The notes beneath the pieces were generated by a model. It was not told where the DNA came from. It worked only from the letters and a program-made list of their open reading frames with translations, and did no database searches. A DNA stretch of 64,000 nucleotides from an uncultured Clostridia bacterium (lineage in GTDB: Bacteria; Bacillota; Clostridia; TANB77; CAG-508): assembly GCA_944393375.1 (NCBI GenBank), contig CALXZX010000002.1:15487-79486 (forward strand), given 5' to 3'. Of this stretch, positions 39,818 through 50,050 are shown in pieces. The translations under genes and the position numbers were made by a program. The stretch's first letter is position 1. Every line of letters begins with the position of its first letter.

Positions 39818-41767
39818 ATGGGACAAAAGAAAAGTAAAAGTTTGTTAATAACAGTTATTGTTTTATTAATTATTATTTTAATTTTAGTAGGCGTTATAGC
39901 ATATTTATATTTTTTCACAGATATGTTTAAAAGTAATAAACAGTTATTTTTCAAATATACTTCACAGATTATGCAAAGTGAAGATGGATTTATAGATAAT
40001 CAGTTAATGCAATATTTTCAAAAAAAGGATAGCACAAGTTATGAAAATAATGGAGAAATAACATTTGATGTATCTATTCCCAATATGGAAGATGATTTAG
40101 AATTGGCTAATCATTTTAATATTACTTTTTCAGGAAAAGAAGATCCTAATAATTCAAAATTAGAAAAAGAGATTAGTCTCAACTATTCAGATAGTGTCAA
40201 TTTTCCATTAACATATAGAAAAACAAATAACATAACAGGAATTCAAACCCAATATATTGGAAGTAGTTTTGTAGCTATTAGAAATGATGAAGAAATTTCT
40301 GGATTAACAGATATAAATAATTTATTAAAATTACAAAATATAGCGTTTTCTAATGAAGAAATACAAAATCTGAAAACAACTTATTTTGATAATATATTAA
40401 ATACATTAGAAGATAGCAAGTTTTCTACATTAACTGAGGGGAATTTAACAGGATATAGATTAACATTAACAGGTGAAGAATTCAAAAATACATTGGTTCA
40501 AATCTTAAATGTATTAAAAACAGATGCTAATACAATGCATAAAATAAACGAGATCTTGCAAGGGATAGGAATCGATACACAATTAAATGAAGATTCTATA
40601 GATACGCTAATAGAAAGTATTAATGATTGGGAATTAAATGATAATATTGAAATGACTGTATATGCCACAGGAGGAAAACTATATAGAGTTGATATAGGAA
40701 CAGCTGGAAATACATTAACAATAAATAGAGAAGGAAACGGTCAAGAAGTAACATATACTATGTCTTTGAATGTGACAGAACAAAATGCAAGTGCAGTATT
40801 TACAGCTAAATATTCTGGATTAAATTCAGATAATGTAACTGAAACATATGAACTAACATTAGAAGGAAAGTATGGAGAAACTAATGTAGTAGAAAAATCA
40901 GATAATACACAAGATACATTAGATATTTCAAGTGAGAGAGAAACAATTGAGTCATTAATGACAACTGTTCAAGCAAATAAAATAGCAGCAGGAGAAGATA
41001 GTACCCAAATCAGTGATACAGATGTAGAAGAAGAATTATCATCAGGAGAAAATGAAATCTATACAGATATGCGTTTAGAAAGAGAAACAGATACAACATT
41101 TAGTATTACATTTGTTAGTACAGGAGACAAATTTGTCATAGATAACACAGGAAAAATTGTTGAAGAACCAGAAGAAACTTCAACAAATGAAACTACAACA
41201 AATGCATCAGAAAATACGACCAGCCATAATACATATAATATGACAAATAATGTACAATTTAAAAATGGAGTACAAATAGAAGATTTAACAGAAGAAAATG
41301 CAGTTATTTTAAATGATAAAGATAATGAATATGTTAGCAATTTGATGAATGCTATACAACAAAGAATGGTAGAAGTCAATCAAGTGCAAATGGAAGAATT
41401 AGGCGTATCAGAAGATCAAAATCCAATTCAATATCTAATACCAGCATTTTTATTAACAAACGGAACAAATGCAGAAATAGATGAACAGGCAGTAAATGCT
41501 TTTAATGCAAAATTTGAACTATATGAAAGTACAAATACAAAAGGAGCAACAGTGAAAGGGTTATTAACAACTATACAAAATAATAATGAGACAGAAGGAA
41601 ATAACAAAATAGAAGAAATCAATATGGATGGCGAAGAATATGAAGTAAATGAACAAAATATTACCTTATTAAAAAGTAGCATTAATGTAGATGACGCATA
41701 CAGGGTAGAATTCGAAAAAGATATTAACACAGGACTAATTTATAGGGCAGTTATTAATAAACGTTAG
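39818..41767 (+). CDS. Hypothetical membrane-anchored protein
   Basis: ATG at 39818 after GGAGG. One N-terminal TM (LLITVIVLLIIILILVGVIAYLYFF), then ~620 aa of N/E/T-rich sequence with no recognised domain. Confidence 0.6.
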   Translation: MGQKKSKSLLITVIVLLIIILILVGVIAYLYFFTDMFKSNKQLFFKYTSQIMQSEDGFIDNQLMQYFQKKDSTSYENNGEITFDVSIPNMEDDLELANHFNITFSGKEDPNNSKLEKEISLNYSDSVNFPLTYRKTNNITGIQTQYIGSSFVAIRNDEEISGLTDINNLLKLQNIAFSNEEIQNLKTTYFDNILNTLEDSKFSTLTEGNLTGYRLTLTGEEFKNTLVQILNVLKTDANTMHKINEILQGIGIDTQLNEDSIDTLIESINDWELNDNIEMTVYATGGKLYRVDIGTAGNTLTINREGNGQEVTYTMSLNVTEQNASAVFTAKYSGLNSDNVTETYELTLEGKYGETNVVEKSDNTQDTLDISSERETIESLMTTVQANKIAAGEDSTQISDTDVEEELSSGENEIYTDMRLERETDTTFSITFVSTGDKFVIDNTGKIVEEPEETSTNETTTNASENTTSHNTYNMTNNVQFKNGVQIEDLTEENAVILNDKDNEYVSNLMNAIQQRMVEVNQVQMEELGVSEDQNPIQYLIPAFLLTNGTNAEIDEQAVNAFNAKFELYESTNTKGATVKGLLTTIQNNNETEGNNKIEEINMDGEEYEVNEQNITLLKSSINVDDAYRVEFEKDINTGLIYRAVINKR

Positions 41768-41845
41768 GGACGTGCCAAATCGTTCAATTTTTGAACGATT
41801 TGACCTGTCCCCAATGTTCAAAAATTGAACGAAAGGGACAGACCT
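41764..41845. repeat. Composite REP-like palindromic element (GGGAC-type) at the 3' end of the 39818 gene
   Basis: gggacgtgcc-aaatcgttcaatttttgaacgattt-gacctgtcccc forms nested inverted repeats. It is followed by a second copy, gttcaaaaattgaac, and by gggacagacc. Confidence 0.55.
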
Positions 41846-41871
41846 TATAATAATTTAGAAAAAATAGAAGG

Positions 41872-41911
41872 GTAAGACTTACAATTAAAGCGTGAGTCTT
41901 ACTTTTTTTTT
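41872..41911 (+). terminator. Rho-independent terminator
   Basis: gtaagact / agtcttac stem followed by a 9-nt T-run. Confidence 0.75.
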
Positions 41912-42060
41912 GTATTTATAAAAGAAACATTCATGTAAGTAATCAAATAAAGGCATAACCTAAAAAATAGTAATAAATCAAGTATACCAGAATATATATA
42001 TTATTGGGGTATAAGTAAAACAAATAAAATCCTAAAATTATATGACAAAAGGAGTGAAAA

Positions 42061-42930
42061 ATGGAAAAGCTTTTAGAAATTGTTAAGTTTTTTCCAATGA
42101 ATTTATCCAATATTCTATATAATACAATCATTTCCAATAATAAAATAAAAGATGAATTGCAAGAAATCAGAATTAGAATTGATAGACCACTAATCTTAAA
42201 ACTTAGAGATAAAGAATTAATTGTGGAATATAAAATTACACAAAATGAAATATTACAAATTGTGGAGAGATTATGTGAAAATTCTATTTATGCGTATAAA
42301 AAACAATTATGTGAAGGATATATTACCATAAGAGGAGGACATAGAGTAGGGATAACAGGAACAGTAGTTGTAGAAAATGGAGAAATTATCAATATGAAAT
42401 ATATAACCAGTTTAAATTTTAGAATTGCTAGAGAAGTTCTAAATTGTAGTAATCGAATTATTGGACAAGTTGTTGACATCAAAAATCAAACAATTTTTAA
42501 TACATTAATTGTTTCGCCACCAGGAAAGGGAAAAACGACAATCTTAAGAGATTTAATTAGAAATTTAAGTAATGGAATTAGTGGGATAAATTTTAAGGGA
42601 AAAACTTGTGGAGTGGTAGATGAAAGAGGAGAAATTGCAGCTATGTATAGAGGTATTCCACAAAATGATGTTGGGATTCGAACAGATATTATTGATAATG
42701 TGTCAAAGGCAAAAGGAATCAAAATATTAATTAGGACAATGGCACCAGAAATTATTGCTTGTGATGAAATTGGAGGAAATGAGGATATACAAGCAATAGA
42801 AGAAGCTATGTTATCTGGTGTAAAGGGGGTATTTACTATGCATGGAAAAAGTATCGAAGATGTACATAGTAATCAATATATAAAAAAATTAATAGATAAA
42901 AAAATAATTGAGAAAATTATTTTTATATAG
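42061..42930 (+). CDS. spoIIIAA: Stage III sporulation protein AA (ATPase)
   Basis: Walker A SPPGKGKTT and Walker B IIACDEIG. First gene of an eight-gene colinear spoIIIA operon. Confidence 0.92.
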   Translation: MEKLLEIVKFFPMNLSNILYNTIISNNKIKDELQEIRIRIDRPLILKLRDKELIVEYKITQNEILQIVERLCENSIYAYKKQLCEGYITIRGGHRVGITGTVVVENGEIINMKYITSLNFRIAREVLNCSNRIIGQVVDIKNQTIFNTLIVSPPGKGKTTILRDLIRNLSNGISGINFKGKTCGVVDERGEIAAMYRGIPQNDVGIRTDIIDNVSKAKGIKILIRTMAPEIIACDEIGGNEDIQAIEEAMLSGVKGVFTMHGKSIEDVHSNQYIKKLIDKKIIEKIIFI

Positions 42931-42995
42931 TTCTAAAAGAAAAAAAGGTGAATATACTATATAAAAATATTAAATAAAAGGACAAGGTGTATGAT

Positions 42996-43505
42996 ATGCA
43001 AGTGATTAAGTGTTTTATGCTATTATTAGTATTTATTGCATCCAGTTTTATTGGAAGATGTATAGCAAAAAAATATTCTTATCGATTAGAAGAATTAGAA
43101 GAAATGAAAAATATCTTAAATATTTTTAAATCAAAAATTAGATTTACATATGAACCCATTCCAGAAATATTTAAAGAAATTGCAAGTAATGCAAAAGAAA
43201 ATATAGCACAAATTTTTGAAAAAGCTACAAGAAATATGCAAAATTTTAGTGCAGGAGAAGCTTGGGAAAATGCAGTACAAACAAGTGAAACAAATTTTAC
43301 TAATGAAGATATACATGTATTATTGATGCTTTCTAAAATGTTAGGACAAACAGATGTTGAAGGACAAATTAGCCAGATAGAAATTACAGAAAATTTTTTA
43401 GAAAAACAAATCAAAGAAGCGCAACAAGAAAAAAATAAAAATGAAAAATTATATCGTAAGCTTGGAACAACGATAGGATTAGCAATTGTTATCATTTTAA
43501 TTTAG
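42996..43505 (+). CDS. spoIIIAB: Stage III sporulation protein AB
   Basis: Operon position. N-terminal TM and C-terminal TM with a GspF-like helical core. ATG at 42996 is preferred over the GTG at 42987. Confidence 0.85.
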   Translation: MQVIKCFMLLLVFIASSFIGRCIAKKYSYRLEELEEMKNILNIFKSKIRFTYEPIPEIFKEIASNAKENIAQIFEKATRNMQNFSAGEAWENAVQTSETNFTNEDIHVLLMLSKMLGQTDVEGQISQIEITENFLEKQIKEAQQEKNKNEKLYRKLGTTIGLAIVIILI

Positions 43506-43525
43506 AAAAAAAGGAGAAGAAGATA

Positions 43526-43720
43526 ATGGATATCAATTTGTTATTTAGGATAGCAGCAATTGGTATATTAGTTGCTGTTTTACATCAAGTACTGGTAAGA
43601 GCGGGGAGAGAAGACCAAGCAATGATGACTACTTTAGCAGGATTAATTATTGTTCTAACCATGGTGATAAGAGAAATTAGTGATTTATTTGATACAGTAA
43701 GAACTATATTTGATTTGTAA
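43526..43720 (+). CDS. spoIIIAC: Stage III sporulation protein AC
   Basis: 64 aa, two TM segments, with the typical sequence LFRIAAIGILVAVL..VL..AGREDQA. Confidence 0.9.
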   Translation: MDINLLFRIAAIGILVAVLHQVLVRAGREDQAMMTTLAGLIIVLTMVIREISDLFDTVRTIFDL

Positions 43721-43740
43721 ATTTTGAGAATAAAAGGAAT

Positions 43741-44133
43741 ATGCTAATGGAGATTATTAGAATTATAGGAATTGGATTAATTGCATTGATTATTATCATA
43801 TTATTAAAACAATATAAACCAGAATTTGCAATATATATTAGTTTATTAACAGGAGCACTTATATTACTTCTATTAACAGATCAATTATCAGGAATTGTAA
43901 ATTTAATACAATCAATTGCAGGAAAAGCCAATATCAATAGTCAATTTTTATCTTTGCTAATTAAAATAACAGGAATTGCCTTTCTTTCAGAATTTGCGGT
44001 TAGTATATGTAGAGATTCAGGAGAAGGTGCCATTGCTAGTAAAATAGAGTTAGGAAGTAAAATCATCATCATTTCTATGTCTATTCCTATCATATCTAGT
44101 TTGTTAGAAATTATATTGCAAATTTTGCCTTAA
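43741..44133 (+). CDS. spoIIIAD: Stage III sporulation protein AD
   Basis: 130 aa polytopic protein with ...LLKQYKPEFA... and GEGAIASKIELGSK, typical of SpoIIIAD. Operon position. Confidence 0.9.
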   Translation: MLMEIIRIIGIGLIALIIIILLKQYKPEFAIYISLLTGALILLLLTDQLSGIVNLIQSIAGKANINSQFLSLLIKITGIAFLSEFAVSICRDSGEGAIASKIELGSKIIIISMSIPIISSLLEIILQILP

Positions 44134-44178
44134 ATACTAAGGAAAAACAACAAAGTTTACAAAAGATAAGGAGGCAAA

Positions 44179-45330
44179 ATGAAAAAAATTATATATATTT
44201 TAATAATTGTTATTTCCTTTTTATATTTTACAATGCCAACTGCAATTGCTGATGAAGAAGAAACATTAGAAGAACAACAAGAAGAATTTGGAATTAGTGA
44301 ATTTATTGAACAAGCAGATGAATATTCAGGTGAATTTTTTGAAGACATAGATATGAATGAAATTCTTGAAAATGCAATAAAAGGAGAAGTGGATAATCAA
44401 ACATTATTCAAAAAAGTACTTGATGTATTAGGGGGAGAACTGGTAGATGGTTTAACAGTATTAGGAAGTATATTAGCCATTGTGGTTATACACAGTATCT
44501 TAAAATCTGTCAGTGAAAGTTTAGAAAATGACACCATTTCGAAACTGATTTACTATGTTCAATACATATTAATTGTTACAATTGTTATGATGAACTTTTC
44601 TGATATTGTACAAGTTGTAAAAGATACCTGTAACAATTTAATTGGGTTTATGAATATATTAATTCCTTTACTCATTTCACTGATGATATATACAGGAAGT
44701 ATTACAACAAGTGGTGTATTAGAACCTATTATATTATTCTTAATCAATTTTATAGGAAATATTATACAAACCCTTATTATTCCAATCGTATTAATTTTTA
44801 CAAGCCTCATTGTGATATCTAAAATTTCAGATAATGTACAAATAGATAAATTATCGAAATTCTTAAAATCAGGGGTTGTGTGGTTTTTCGGAATTATTCT
44901 TACTATTTTTGTAGCAGTTATTTCGTTAGAAGGAACACTTTCCAGTAGTGTAGATGGAATTACTGCTAAAACAACAAAGGCAGTTGTTAGTTCAGCAATA
45001 CCAGTAGTAGGAAAAATCCTAGGAGATGCAGTAGATACGGTCTTGGGTTGTGGCATTATTTTAAAAAACGCAGTAGGTGTTATTGGAATTATTATTGCAA
45101 TAGGAATTTGCATCATACCAATCTTAAAATTAGGAATCTTTACAATAGCATATAAGTTCATGTCGGCAATCTGTCAACCAATAGCAGATAAAAATATAAC
45201 CAGTTTATTAGACCAAATAGGAGATGTATATAAAATCTTTCTAGCAATTTTATGCTCTGTATCAGTTATGCTAATTGTTGGCACAGCTTTAGTGGTTAAG
45301 ATATCCAATACAGGAATGATGTATAGATAG
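44179..45330 (+). CDS. spoIIIAE: Stage III sporulation protein AE
   Basis: Signal/TM, acidic region, then a polytopic permease-like domain. Operon position. Confidence 0.9.
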   Translation: MKKIIYILIIVISFLYFTMPTAIADEEETLEEQQEEFGISEFIEQADEYSGEFFEDIDMNEILENAIKGEVDNQTLFKKVLDVLGGELVDGLTVLGSILAIVVIHSILKSVSESLENDTISKLIYYVQYILIVTIVMMNFSDIVQVVKDTCNNLIGFMNILIPLLISLMIYTGSITTSGVLEPIILFLINFIGNIIQTLIIPIVLIFTSLIVISKISDNVQIDKLSKFLKSGVVWFFGIILTIFVAVISLEGTLSSSVDGITAKTTKAVVSSAIPVVGKILGDAVDTVLGCGIILKNAVGVIGIIIAIGICIIPILKLGIFTIAYKFMSAICQPIADKNITSLLDQIGDVYKIFLAILCSVSVMLIVGTALVVKISNTGMMYR

Positions 45331-45338
45331 GGGAAGTT

Positions 45339-45989
45339 ATGATAGAGTTTTTAAGTAGTTGGGCAAAAGGTTTGGGATTGGCCATTATTGTCATATCCAT
45401 CTTGGAAATGTTATTACCTAATAATAAAACAAAAAAATATGTCAGAATGGTATTTGGTATATATATTATATTTAATATCTTGTCACCATTTATCAATAAT
45501 AAAGATATATTAGATGTAAGTTCTTATGATTTAAATGAATATATTGGTGATTATACAACCAATCAAACAAATGAAGAACAAACTTCTGTAAATAGTCGAA
45601 TAGAAGAAATCTATATAGAAGAATTAGAAAAAGATATTACTAAAAAAATAGAAGACTCAGGGTATCAAGTTACGACCTGTAATGTGTATGCAACATTATC
45701 TAGCCAAAATGAAGAAAATTATATAGAAGAAATTGTTTTAACAGTTGAAAAAAATGAACAGCAAGAAAATACAGAAGAAAATGAACAACAAGAAGAAACT
45801 ATCGAAGATAAACTGGTCGAAGAAATACAAAAAATAAAACCAGTCAATACAACCGTTGGGAAAATAAATAAAATAGATAAGGAACAAGATGATAGTAAAC
45901 AAAATATAAGTAATAGTGATATTCAAAAGATAAAAAAGTTCTTAAAAGAAGAATATGGAGTTGAGGAAACATGTTTAAAGATAAATTAA
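45339..45989 (+). CDS. spoIIIAF: Stage III sporulation protein AF
   Basis: N-terminus MIEFLSSWAKGLGLAIIVISILEMLLPNNKTKKYVRMVFG is typical of SpoIIIAF. Confidence 0.88.
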   Translation: MIEFLSSWAKGLGLAIIVISILEMLLPNNKTKKYVRMVFGIYIIFNILSPFINNKDILDVSSYDLNEYIGDYTTNQTNEEQTSVNSRIEEIYIEELEKDITKKIEDSGYQVTTCNVYATLSSQNEENYIEEIVLTVEKNEQQENTEENEQQEETIEDKLVEEIQKIKPVNTTVGKINKIDKEQDDSKQNISNSDIQKIKKFLKEEYGVEETCLKIN

Positions 45990-46591
45990 AAGGATTAATC
46001 AATCCAGAAGATGGGAATAAGAATAATAAAAAGAAAATAGAAAATTTGATATTTTTTGTTGTCATATTAATTGTTACAATTGTTATCATAAATATTATAT
46101 GGAATGGAGATAAAGATAGTAGTAATGATAAGGGAGTGCAAAACGATACTTCAAAACAATTAGCCAATAGCAATACATCTTCATTAGAAGTATCAAGTAA
46201 TAGCACTAATGAATTGGAAGTAAAATTAGAAGAAATCTTATCAAAGATTCAAGGAGTAGGAGAAGTAAAAGTATTTATCAATTATTCAGAATCTAGTGAA
46301 ATTATTCCTATGTATAATGAAAGTACCCAAACCAGTAATACAGAAGAAACAGACACATCAGGAGGAACAAGAACAATAGAAGAAACAGATTCACAAAAAG
46401 AAATTATTTATGAAGAAAGTGATGAAGGGAAAACAGTCATCACACAAAAAGTAGTAGAACCACAAATACAAGGTGCTATTATTACAGCAAAAGGAGCTGA
46501 AAATGCAGAAGTAAAAACAAGTATTATACAAGCAGTAGAAGCAGTAACAGGTCTAGCAACACATAAAATACAAGTTTTTGAAATGAATTAA
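45971..46591 (+). CDS. spoIIIAG: Stage III sporulation protein AG
   Basis: TM followed by an EscJ/PrgK-like ring domain (VKVFINYSES...IQGAIITAKGA...V.AVTGL..HKI.V). Confidence 0.88.
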   Translation: MFKDKLKGLINPEDGNKNNKKKIENLIFFVVILIVTIVIINIIWNGDKDSSNDKGVQNDTSKQLANSNTSSLEVSSNSTNELEVKLEEILSKIQGVGEVKVFINYSESSEIIPMYNESTQTSNTEETDTSGGTRTIEETDSQKEIIYEESDEGKTVITQKVVEPQIQGAIITAKGAENAEVKTSIIQAVEAVTGLATHKIQVFEMN

Positions 46592-46640
46592 TGTCCAAAA
46601 AGAAGCATCTCTAATTGGATATAGGAAAGGAAGTAAGTTT

Positions 46641-47312
46641 ATGAAAATAATGAAGGGTTTATTGAAGAAAAATCAGGTAATTATTTATGTTATTGCTCTA
46701 ATGCTAGTGACTGCTGGATATTTAAATTATACTACCAATACGGCAGAACAAGTATCAGCACAGACAGCCATGGAAATGGAGGCAAATGATGATATGCAAA
46801 TTGCTGATATTGGAGATGCTACATTGGTAAGTAGCGAAGCAGTTAATAAAAATGAAGTAGAAGAAAATGCAATAGAAAATACAACAAATGCAACTGCAAA
46901 TATGACACAAAATACCAATACAACGGAAAATAATACAGCAACACAAACAAGTGCAACAGTAACAACAGATGAATATTTTACAAAATCAAAATTAGAAAGA
47001 GATACCATGTATTCACAAATGATAGAAAGTTATGAAAATGTATTAAATAGTAGTAATAGCTTAGAGACGCAAAAACAAAGTGCAACAGAAGAAATTAAAA
47101 AAATTAATGATACAAAAAACAGTATTATGATATGTGAGAACTTAATAAGTACCAAGGGATTTAACAACAATATTATTTTTGTAAATGGAGATAGTATTAG
47201 TGTCATTATTGGAGTAGAACAGTTACAACAAGAAGAAGTGGCACAAATACAAAATATTATTTCTAGAGAATTAAATGCAGAAATTGAAAATATACATATA
47301 TCAACAAAATAG
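46641..47312 (+). CDS. spoIIIAH: Stage III sporulation protein AH
   Basis: The KNQVIIYVIALMLVTAGYLNY anchor and the C-terminal domain (FVNGDSISVII) are typical of SpoIIIAH. Last gene of the operon. Confidence 0.88.
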   Translation: MKIMKGLLKKNQVIIYVIALMLVTAGYLNYTTNTAEQVSAQTAMEMEANDDMQIADIGDATLVSSEAVNKNEVEENAIENTTNATANMTQNTNTTENNTATQTSATVTTDEYFTKSKLERDTMYSQMIESYENVLNSSNSLETQKQSATEEIKKINDTKNSIMICENLISTKGFNNNIIFVNGDSISVIIGVEQLQQEEVAQIQNIISRELNAEIENIHISTK

Positions 47313-47314
47313 GA

Positions 47315-47360
47315 AAATAGCTTAAGAATATTTTATTTATTGAATATTCTTAAGCTATTT
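47315..47360. terminator. Bidirectional hairpin between convergent spoIIIAH and the XRE gene
   Basis: Perfect 18-bp arms aaatagcttaagaatatt / aatattcttaagctattt. The right arm overlaps the 3' end of the XRE gene. Confidence 0.7.
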
Positions 47361-47556
47361 TATTGGCCATTATTCTTATGTATTCGCCTAATTCTTCATC
47401 CGTTAATTCTAATTCTAAAATTAGGTTTTTCAGAACATCTCGTCTAGGTAAATCTTCTTCATTATCAATTCGTATATATTGTCTTAAGCTAATTCCTAGT
47501 ATTTCAGACATTTTTTCTTGTGTATATTTTTTTGCCTTTCTTTTTTCTTTTATCAT
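47350..47556 (-). CDS. XRE family helix-turn-helix transcriptional regulator (68 aa)
   Basis: The YTQEKMSEILGISLRQYIRIDN HTH is typical of Cro/C1-type regulators. Confidence 0.8.
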   Translation of the reverse strand: MIKEKRKAKKYTQEKMSEILGISLRQYIRIDNEEDLPRRDVLKNLILELELTDEELGEYIRIMANKIA

Positions 47557-47615
47557 AACATCACCCTAAACTAATGTTTAAAGTAATTATTACACAAAAG
47601 AAGTAATTGTTGTAT

Positions 47616-47630
47616 TGACATTTAATGTCA
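47616..47630. promoter_or_regulatory. Palindrome TGACA-N5-TGTCA upstream of the XRE gene (candidate operator)
   Basis: tgacatttaatgtca lies 60 nt upstream of the XRE start codon, between that gene and inverton 2. Confidence 0.35.
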
Positions 47631-47679
47631 GCATAAAAATATATAAAATATTTTTTAATCATTTAAAGATAAAAAAGCC

Positions 47680-47874
47680 TTAGAGTTTTTTACTCTAAGA
47701 AAGATTAATATAAGTTAATCATAACAATAAAATAGTGAAATGTCAATAAAATTTAATTGAATAAAATAGTGAATGTTTTAAGGAGAAATAATAAAAATTC
47801 AAAAAATGAAATAGAAGAAAATAAAGTAATATTAATACTTATGGAATTTTCATAATTTCTTAGAGTAAAAAAAT
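47680..47874. promoter_or_regulatory. Putative invertible promoter (inverton 2) upstream of the BspA-LRR paralog
   Basis: IR-L 47686-47702 (ttttttactctaagaaa) is the exact reverse complement of IR-R 47856-47872 (tttcttagagtaaaaaa), 17 bp. The segment carries TTGACA (47746-47741), 17 nt, TATGAT (47723-47718) on the minus strand, facing away from the gene at 47899. Confidence 0.7.
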
Positions 47875-47898
47875 AATGGAAACCAAAGGAGAGAAATT

Positions 47899-50010
47899 AT
47901 GAAAACTAAAGAAAATAGAAAAAATAGGGGAATTACTTTAATTGCCCTAGTTATCACCATTATAGTGTTACTAATTTTAGCAGGAATCACAATAGGAGCG
48001 ATAACAGGAGATAATGGTATTATACAAAATGCATTAAGTGCAAAAGAACAAACAGAAATTGCAAATGAAAGAGAAATTGTAGAAGAAGCAACTGTTCAAG
48101 CCATGGGAAAGAATAAAAGAGGAAACATTGTAAAAGATGAATTGCAAGAAGAATTAGATAAAATAACAGGAGAAGGAAAAACCATTGTAACAGAAGATAA
48201 AGAAGAACTAGGATATTTTGTAAAGTTTGTAGACAGTGGAAGAATCTATAAAGTTAGTATAGATGGAGATGTACAATATTTAGGAAAAGAAAATGAATTA
48301 ATCACACAAGCAGATATTATAGCAAATCCAGAAAGTAATACAACAGCAGAGCTAATACAACAAGTAGATTTAACAGTAAAAACACCAATTGAAATAGAAG
48401 GAGCAGAGTATTCATTAGTATATGCATGGAACCAAGATAAAGAAAATGCACCAGAAGATACAAAATTCTTAGAAACAAACTTAATAGGAGAAGGAAGAAT
48501 CAGAACGACAACGGTATATAGTAGTGATACAGTAGGAGGAGACTATTACTTGTGGGTAAGAATTGTGGTAGGAGATATAGAAAGAGAAGCATGTTTTGGA
48601 CCATATGCAATAAAAGATTATACAACTTTAGTATCTGTTGATTGGAATGGTGGTTTAGCAGAAGGAGGATTTTTAGGAAATAGTGAAGTACCAAGAGGAA
48701 AAATACAAAATATTGATATAATTACATCATTAGAGGGACATAGTGTAGATGATGAAAAAACCTGGGATGTATCAGATGGAAATAAAGGAATGTATTTAGC
48801 ATGGTATGAAGTAAATGAGAATGGATATTATGATGTAACGATTGCAGGAAATGGAGGAATTGTTGCAAATAGTTATTCAACATATTTATTTAAAAATATA
48901 GGTTCTGGTGTGGAAAATCAAGAAGTAACAATAACAGGGTTAGAATATTTAGACACAGGGTTAGTAACGAATATGTATTCAATGTTTGAAAATTGTAAAG
49001 CAGAAGAAATAGATGTGAGCCAATTTAATACAGAAAAAGTTACATCCATGTCATCAATGTTTTCAAGTTGTAGTAATATAGAAAGTTTGAATGTAAGTAA
49101 TTTTAAAACAGAGAATGTAACAAGTATGTATCAGATGTTTGATGGATGTAGTAGTTTAACAGAATTAGATTTAACGAATTTTAATACAAGTAATGTAACG
49201 AATATGGAAGGTATGTTTTTGAACTGTAAAGCAACAAGTATATACTTAAGTGGTTTTGATACAAAAAATGTAGCAAATATGCTAAATATGTTTAATGGTT
49301 GTTCTGTAACAAGCCTGGATGTAAGCCATTTTAACACAAGTAATGTAACAAATATGCAGGGAATGTTTGCTAATTGTAAAGTACAGAGTTTAGATTTAAC
49401 GAGTTTTAATACAAGTAAAGTAACAACTATGTGGACTATGTTTCAAGGGTGTCAAGCAACTAATATTGATGTGAGTAGTTTTGACACGAGTAGTGTATTA
49501 TATATGAGAGAAATGTTTGCATCGTGTAGAGCAACAGATTTAGATTTATCTAATTTTGATACAAGCAATGTAACAAATATGTATAGAATGTTTATGAGTT
49601 GTAGAGCAACAAATATAGATGTAAGCAATTTTGACATAAGTAACGTAACATATACTATGGATGGAATGTTCCGAGATTGTTCAAATTTAGTAAAATTAGA
49701 TGCAAGTAGTTTTACAATGCCCAAAACAACATCTGTAGAGTGGATGTTTGGAGGTTGTCAAAAAATAGAACAAATAGACCTTAAAAATTTTGAGGTAAAG
49801 GAAGGAACCAATATTAATCAGATGTTTTACAACTGCCGAAGTTTAGAAAAATTAGATATTAGAAAATTTGATATAACAAAGACAACTGGATATAGTAATT
49901 ACTGGATATATCCTGTACCAACAACATGTAGTATTATTGTAAATCAAAGCATGAAAGATTGGTTTACAGAAAACCTTCCAAATTATACAAATGTAACAAT
50001 AGGAAATTAG
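47899..50010 (+). CDS. Surface protein paralog 2: pilin-like N-terminal module plus BspA/DUF285-type leucine-rich repeats
   Basis: N-terminus RGITLIALVITIIVLLILAGITIGAITGDNGII is homologous to the other five paralogs. The C-terminal half has about 12 tandem ~24-aa repeats (F(N/D)TSNVTNMxxMFxxCxxxxLDLSN). Confidence 0.88.
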   Translation: MKTKENRKNRGITLIALVITIIVLLILAGITIGAITGDNGIIQNALSAKEQTEIANEREIVEEATVQAMGKNKRGNIVKDELQEELDKITGEGKTIVTEDKEELGYFVKFVDSGRIYKVSIDGDVQYLGKENELITQADIIANPESNTTAELIQQVDLTVKTPIEIEGAEYSLVYAWNQDKENAPEDTKFLETNLIGEGRIRTTTVYSSDTVGGDYYLWVRIVVGDIEREACFGPYAIKDYTTLVSVDWNGGLAEGGFLGNSEVPRGKIQNIDIITSLEGHSVDDEKTWDVSDGNKGMYLAWYEVNENGYYDVTIAGNGGIVANSYSTYLFKNIGSGVENQEVTITGLEYLDTGLVTNMYSMFENCKAEEIDVSQFNTEKVTSMSSMFSSCSNIESLNVSNFKTENVTSMYQMFDGCSSLTELDLTNFNTSNVTNMEGMFLNCKATSIYLSGFDTKNVANMLNMFNGCSVTSLDVSHFNTSNVTNMQGMFANCKVQSLDLTSFNTSKVTTMWTMFQGCQATNIDVSSFDTSSVLYMREMFASCRATDLDLSNFDTSNVTNMYRMFMSCRATNIDVSNFDISNVTYTMDGMFRDCSNLVKLDASSFTMPKTTSVEWMFGGCQKIEQIDLKNFEVKEGTNINQMFYNCRSLEKLDIRKFDITKTTGYSNYWIYPVPTTCSIIVNQSMKDWFTENLPNYTNVTIGN

Positions 50011-50050
50011 AAAAGTTCCATAAATTTAAGATTAGCATAGGAGGAGAAAT

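Noticed and set aside
41912-42060. Possible sigma-E-type promoter (tCATGTA-16-CATAACcT) upstream of spoIIIAA
   Set aside because: The match to the consensus is weak and I cannot score it. It is noted only as a possibility and not reported as a feature.
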